Positions 61,083 through 64,000 of a DNA stretch of 64,000 nucleotides are shown piece after piece. The notes below the pieces were generated by a model. That model worked only from the letters and a program-made list of their open reading frames with translations, had not been told where the DNA came from and ran no database searches. Source of the stretch: Candidatus Hadarchaeales archaeon. GTDB lineage: Archaea > Hadarchaeota > Hadarchaeia > Hadarchaeales > WYZ-LMO6. Every line of letters begins with the position of its first letter. Position 1 is the stretch's first letter. Position numbers and translations under genes: made by a program. The stretch spans positions 1,161 to 65,160 of the forward strand of contig JAWCKR010000008.1 in the NCBI GenBank assembly GCA_038851755.1, in the 5' to 3' direction.

Positions 61083-61319
61083 ATGAAAATAGAAGTCTTC
61101 GGAATGGGATGCCCCAAGTGCAAGAAGACCGAGGAGAACTGCAGGCGAGCGGTGAGGGAGCTGGGTCTCAAAGCGGAGGTGACACACGTGTACGACCAGG
61201 CGGAGATGGTGAGGAGGGGGATCACGAGCAGCCCCGCGGTGGTGATCGACGGGAAGCTGAAGGTGGCGGGAAGGATCCCCGAAGTAGAGGAGATAAAGAA
61301 GTGGCTGAGTCCCAAGTAA
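61083..61319 (+). CDS. thioredoxin-fold redox-active disulfide protein 2-like
   Basis: 78 aa. MKIEVFGMGCPKCKK (CxxC) ...SPAVVIDGKLKVAGRIP. Confidence 0.75.
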   Translation: MKIEVFGMGCPKCKKTEENCRRAVRELGLKAEVTHVYDQAEMVRRGITSSPAVVIDGKLKVAGRIPEVEEIKKWLSPK

Positions 61320-61412
61320 GTCCTGCGCAGGGGGGACGGTCGAGCCTCTAAGCTTGGAGGGGCCCGGACCCCACCGTAAGATATTATATCTCCCCCTGAC
61401 CTCGGGCAGGAG

Positions 61413-61703
61413 ATGGCGAGGAAGGGGATCAGCCTGGAGGAGGCGAGGAAGATCGGGGAGCAGCTGGGGCTGGACTGGAAGGACTTCGACGTGGAGCAGT
61501 TCAGGTACGGCATGGAGGTGGAGCTGGAGCACGGGAGGAGGGACCCGGAGACCAACGTCACGAACGACGACCTGCTCATGACCGGGAAGATCGCCCTGGC
61601 CCACCTGCGCGAGTTCCCCGACTACTACTTCAGGCTGAAGAAGATGGAAGAGGAAGCCGAGGAGTACTGGGAGAGGAGGAGGGGCCGAGGGAAGGGGAAA
61701 TGA
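61413..61703 (+). CDS. hypothetical protein (DUF5661-like)
   Basis: 96 aa. GMEVELEHG...NVTNDD...IALAHLREFPDYY pattern recalled from DUF5661. 4-nt overlap with the ADH start. Confidence 0.5.
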   Translation: MARKGISLEEARKIGEQLGLDWKDFDVEQFRYGMEVELEHGRRDPETNVTNDDLLMTGKIALAHLREFPDYYFRLKKMEEEAEEYWERRRGRGKGK

Positions 61704-62716
61704 GGGCGGCGGTCCTCAGGAGGACGGCCCCGGCGGAGGAGTTCCCCCTCTCGCTGGAGGAGCTTCCCACGCCTTCACCGGGTGAGGGTGAAATCCTGAT
61801 CAGGGTCTCGGTGTGCGGGATTTGCAGGACCGAGCTCGACGAGGTGGAGGGGAGGCTCAGGCCCAGGCTTCCCGTCATCCCCGGGCACCAGGTGGTGGGG
61901 AGGGTGGAGGAACTGGGTCCAGGTGCCTCGGGTTACGGGAGGGGGGAGAGGGTGGGGGTGGCCTGGATCTACTGGGCCTGCGGGAAGTGCAGGTTCTGCA
62001 CCCGGGGGATGGAGAACCTCTGTCCCGAGTTCAGGGGAACGGGGTGCGACGCCGATGGGGGTTACGCGGAGTACATGGTGGTACCCCAGGGCTTCGCCTA
62101 TCCCATCCCCTCCGTCTTCCGGGACGCCGAGGCCGCTCCGCTCCTGTGCGGGGGGGCCATAGGGTACAGGGCACTGAGACTCACGGGGATGAGGGACGGC
62201 GACGTAATCGGGCTGTACGGGTACGGTTCCTCCGCTCACCTGGTCCACCAGCTCGTCCGGCACCTCTTTCCCTCCTCCGAGGTCTATGTGTTCACCAGGA
62301 GGAGGGGGGACGGACCCAGCGAGCTGGCCAGGAAGCAGGGGGCCGACTGGGTGGGGGAGACGGGGGAGACCCCTCCCAGGAAGCTCCACTGCGCCATCGA
62401 CACCACACCGGTCGGGGGAGCCGTGAGAGAGGCCCTGAGGAACCTGGAGAGGGGAGGGAGGCTGGTGATGAACCTGATAAGGAAGGAATCCCCCATCCCG
62501 GAGCTCGACTACGTCACGCACCTGTGGGAGGAGAAGGAGGTGAAGAGCGTGGCCAACATCACCCGCCAGGACGTGAGGGAGTTCCTCCGGGTGGCCGCGG
62601 AGATACCCCTCAGGCCGGAGGTGACGGAGTTCAGGCTGGAGGAGGCCAGCAGGGCCCTGCTCGCCCTGAAGAGGGGGGAGTACAGGGGGAGCGGGGTGCT
62701 GAGGATAGAAAAGTAG
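61700..62716 (+). CDS. zinc-dependent alcohol dehydrogenase (MDR family)
   Basis: VCGICRTELDEVEG...PGHQVVGRV plus a structural zinc Cys cluster (CGKCRFCTRGMENLC). 338 aa. Confidence 0.88.
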   Translation: MRAAVLRRTAPAEEFPLSLEELPTPSPGEGEILIRVSVCGICRTELDEVEGRLRPRLPVIPGHQVVGRVEELGPGASGYGRGERVGVAWIYWACGKCRFCTRGMENLCPEFRGTGCDADGGYAEYMVVPQGFAYPIPSVFRDAEAAPLLCGGAIGYRALRLTGMRDGDVIGLYGYGSSAHLVHQLVRHLFPSSEVYVFTRRRGDGPSELARKQGADWVGETGETPPRKLHCAIDTTPVGGAVREALRNLERGGRLVMNLIRKESPIPELDYVTHLWEEKEVKSVANITRQDVREFLRVAAEIPLRPEVTEFRLEEASRALLALKRGEYRGSGVLRIEK

Positions 62717-62755
62717 CTTTTAAATAGTAGAAAGTAGAAAAAAGAAAAGAGAAAA

Positions 62756-63022
62756 ATGAAAACTGTAAAAGTGGAAGACTCTGTTGCGGAGAAGCTGAAG
62801 GATCTGAAAGCCTATCTCAGAACGAGGGAAAAACTATCCGTCACGGAAACCGAGATTCTCTCGCAGGCTTTCAAAATGGCCTTTGAACAAAAAGATGAAC
62901 TGCTGAGGAGACTGAAGCGTGCGCGGGAAGCCCAAAGGGACTTCTGGAAGTTCTGGATGACACCCGCTGAGGGCGGTCCGGTCACCGACGCCGCCCGGGA
63001 TCACGACGCAGTGGAACCATGA
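62756..63022 (+). CDS. putative antitoxin (VapB-like)
   Basis: 88 aa. 4-nt overlap with the downstream PIN gene. Low-GC 5' region with TATA-like TTTTAAATAG about 30 nt upstream. Confidence 0.6.
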   Translation: MKTVKVEDSVAEKLKDLKAYLRTREKLSVTETEILSQAFKMAFEQKDELLRRLKRAREAQRDFWKFWMTPAEGGPVTDAARDHDAVEP

Positions 63023-63420
63023 TCCTCGTCGACTCCTCCATTTGGGACGCGGCGAAGAGAAGGCGCGACAAGGGACATGAACCGGCCCGAAAAGTGCTCG
63101 AAAGGATAGCGGGGGGAGCTTATGGAAAGCCCATCGTCACCGACTACATCGTGGACGAAGTTCTGACCTGGCTCAAAACGCATGTCGATCCCGGGGTCGC
63201 GGCCGAAACCGCCACTTTCTTCTTCATGAGCGATCAGGTGGAGGTGGTGAAGGTAGACTGGGCCATCCTCAGAGAAGCCCTCGAGATCTTCATGAAGCAC
63301 GATTTCCTCTCCTTCACCGACTCCACCACCGTAGCGGTTGCAAAGGCGAGGGGGGTAAAAAACATCGCAACGCTCGATGAAGACTTCTCAAAACTGGGGT
63401 TCAACGTGATCGAGGAGTGA
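63019..63420 (+). CDS. vapC: PIN-domain ribonuclease toxin VapC
   Basis: 133 aa. Acidic quartet candidates: D5 (ILVDSS), E (VDEV), D (FTDS), D (LDED). Confidence 0.8.
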   Translation: MILVDSSIWDAAKRRRDKGHEPARKVLERIAGGAYGKPIVTDYIVDEVLTWLKTHVDPGVAAETATFFFMSDQVEVVKVDWAILREALEIFMKHDFLSFTDSTTVAVAKARGVKNIATLDEDFSKLGFNVIEE

Positions 63421-63449
63421 TGGGTCAAGACTTCGGGTGGTGCCCCCGA

Positions 63450-64000
63450 TCACTCGTAGACCTTCTCCTCGGTCCTGTCCGCCTCCGCGGCATCGGCCTC
63501 CACGTCCCTGGAGGGCGGAGGGGCCTGGAGGAACTCCCTGTAGAACTCGTGCTGGATGATGAGGTCCATGATCTCGTTGGTCCCCGTCCAGATCATGGCC
63601 AGCCTCATGTCCCTCAGCAGGCGCTCCACGGGGAAGACCGTGGTGTAGCCTATTCCTCCCAGGATCTGCATGGCGTGGTTTATCACCTGCCAGGAGGCCT
63701 CGGTGGAGAACTTCTTGGACTCCGAGACCAGGCGCCTCAGGCGCCCTGGCTCATCCCCGGCATCTATCGCCCCGGCGGTGAGGTTCACCAGGCCCCTGGC
63801 CGCGTCCAGGAGGGTGAGGCTGTCCGCTATCTTGAAGCTCACGGCCTGGAAGTTCCTTATCTTCTGCCCGAAGGCCTTGCGCTTGTCGGCGTAGCGGGCC
63901 GCCACCTCCAGGGCTGCCCTCCCCATACCGATGGAACCCGCGGCGGTGGTCATCCTCTCTGGAATCATCATGTGCCAGAACACGTCCGCCCCCCCGTTCT
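63450..64000 (-). CDS. acyl-CoA dehydrogenase, C-terminal part (gene continues beyond the window)
   Basis: [21 protein letters not shown]...[33 protein letters not shown] is the ACAD C-terminal domain. 5'-partial. Confidence 0.85.
   Translation of the reverse strand, partial: NGGADVFWHMMIPERMTTAAGSIGMGRAALEVAARYADKRKAFGQKIRNFQAVSFKIADSLTLLDAARGLVNLTAGAIDAGDEPGRLRRLVSESKKFSTEASWQVINHAMQILGGIGYTTVFPVERLLRDMRLAMIWTGTNEIMDLIIQHEFYREFLQAPPPSRDVEADAAEADRTEEKVYE

Noticed and set aside
1-64000. CRISPR arrays, rRNA genes, transposases/integrases, prophage or known defence systems (other than VapBC)
   Set aside because: No regularly spaced direct repeats, no rRNA-like conserved stretches, and no DDE, tyrosine- or serine-recombinase-like ORFs were seen on either strand. 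The only mobile element is the intein.

Overview
GC-rich archaeal chromosomal window, roughly 60-65% GC by eye. The organism cannot be named from the sequence alone. All assignments come from motif and family recognition in the ORF track plus manual reading of start/stop contexts; no searches were run.

The first third is core information processing:
- a Sir2 deacetylase;
- tfb interrupted by a ~502-aa LAGLIDADG intein, co-transcribed with gar1;
- a GPN-loop GTPase;
- the rpoD-S11-S4-S13 cluster;
- a long minus-strand block: S4e-L5-S14-S8-L6-L32e-L19e-L18-S5-L30-L15-secY-DUF106-L34e-cmk-L14e-cbf5.

Four intron-less tRNAs are present: Leu-GAG, Ser-GGA, Arg-GCG and Phe-GAA.

The rest is metabolic or accessory:
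- three MoaD/ThiS-type beta-grasp genes ending in Gly-Gly, two of them in tandem in front of a divergent AOR-family gene;
- a class III PHA cluster (phaE-phaC-maoC plus a phasin-like gene);
- an M16 peptidase, two HDAC-family genes and two LLM-class oxidoreductases;
- a 4xCBS protein with an HPF/RaiA-like tail;
- lysA-lysC-dapA;
- a complete A1Ao ATPase whose atpAB genes are separated from, and convergent to, atpHIKECFD;
- a bacterial-type adk;
- a wHTH regulator divergent from a radical-SAM gene;
- an ADC-ACAD-VOC-ThDP enzyme operon;
- a 4-OT tautomerase, DUF72 and an MFS transporter;
- a flavodoxin / NifX-like / permease / thioredoxin-like cluster;
- an alcohol dehydrogenase, a low-GC VapBC pair and a partial acyl-CoA dehydrogenase at the right edge.

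No rRNA, CRISPR array, transposase or integrase was seen.

Many long ORFs in the track are GC-driven shadow ORFs antisense to, or out of frame with, real genes. Several track ORFs have spurious N-terminal extensions, which I trimmed using operon overlaps and conserved N-termini.

The observations most worth a second look are:
- the non-canonical intein termini;
- the SAMP-like trio with a duplicated promoter/5' module;
- the CBS-HPF fusion;
- the split ATPase operon with a one-carboxylate duplicated c subunit;
- two conserved reading frames that lack any canonical start codon, one of them in frame with the flavodoxin gene across a single TGA.
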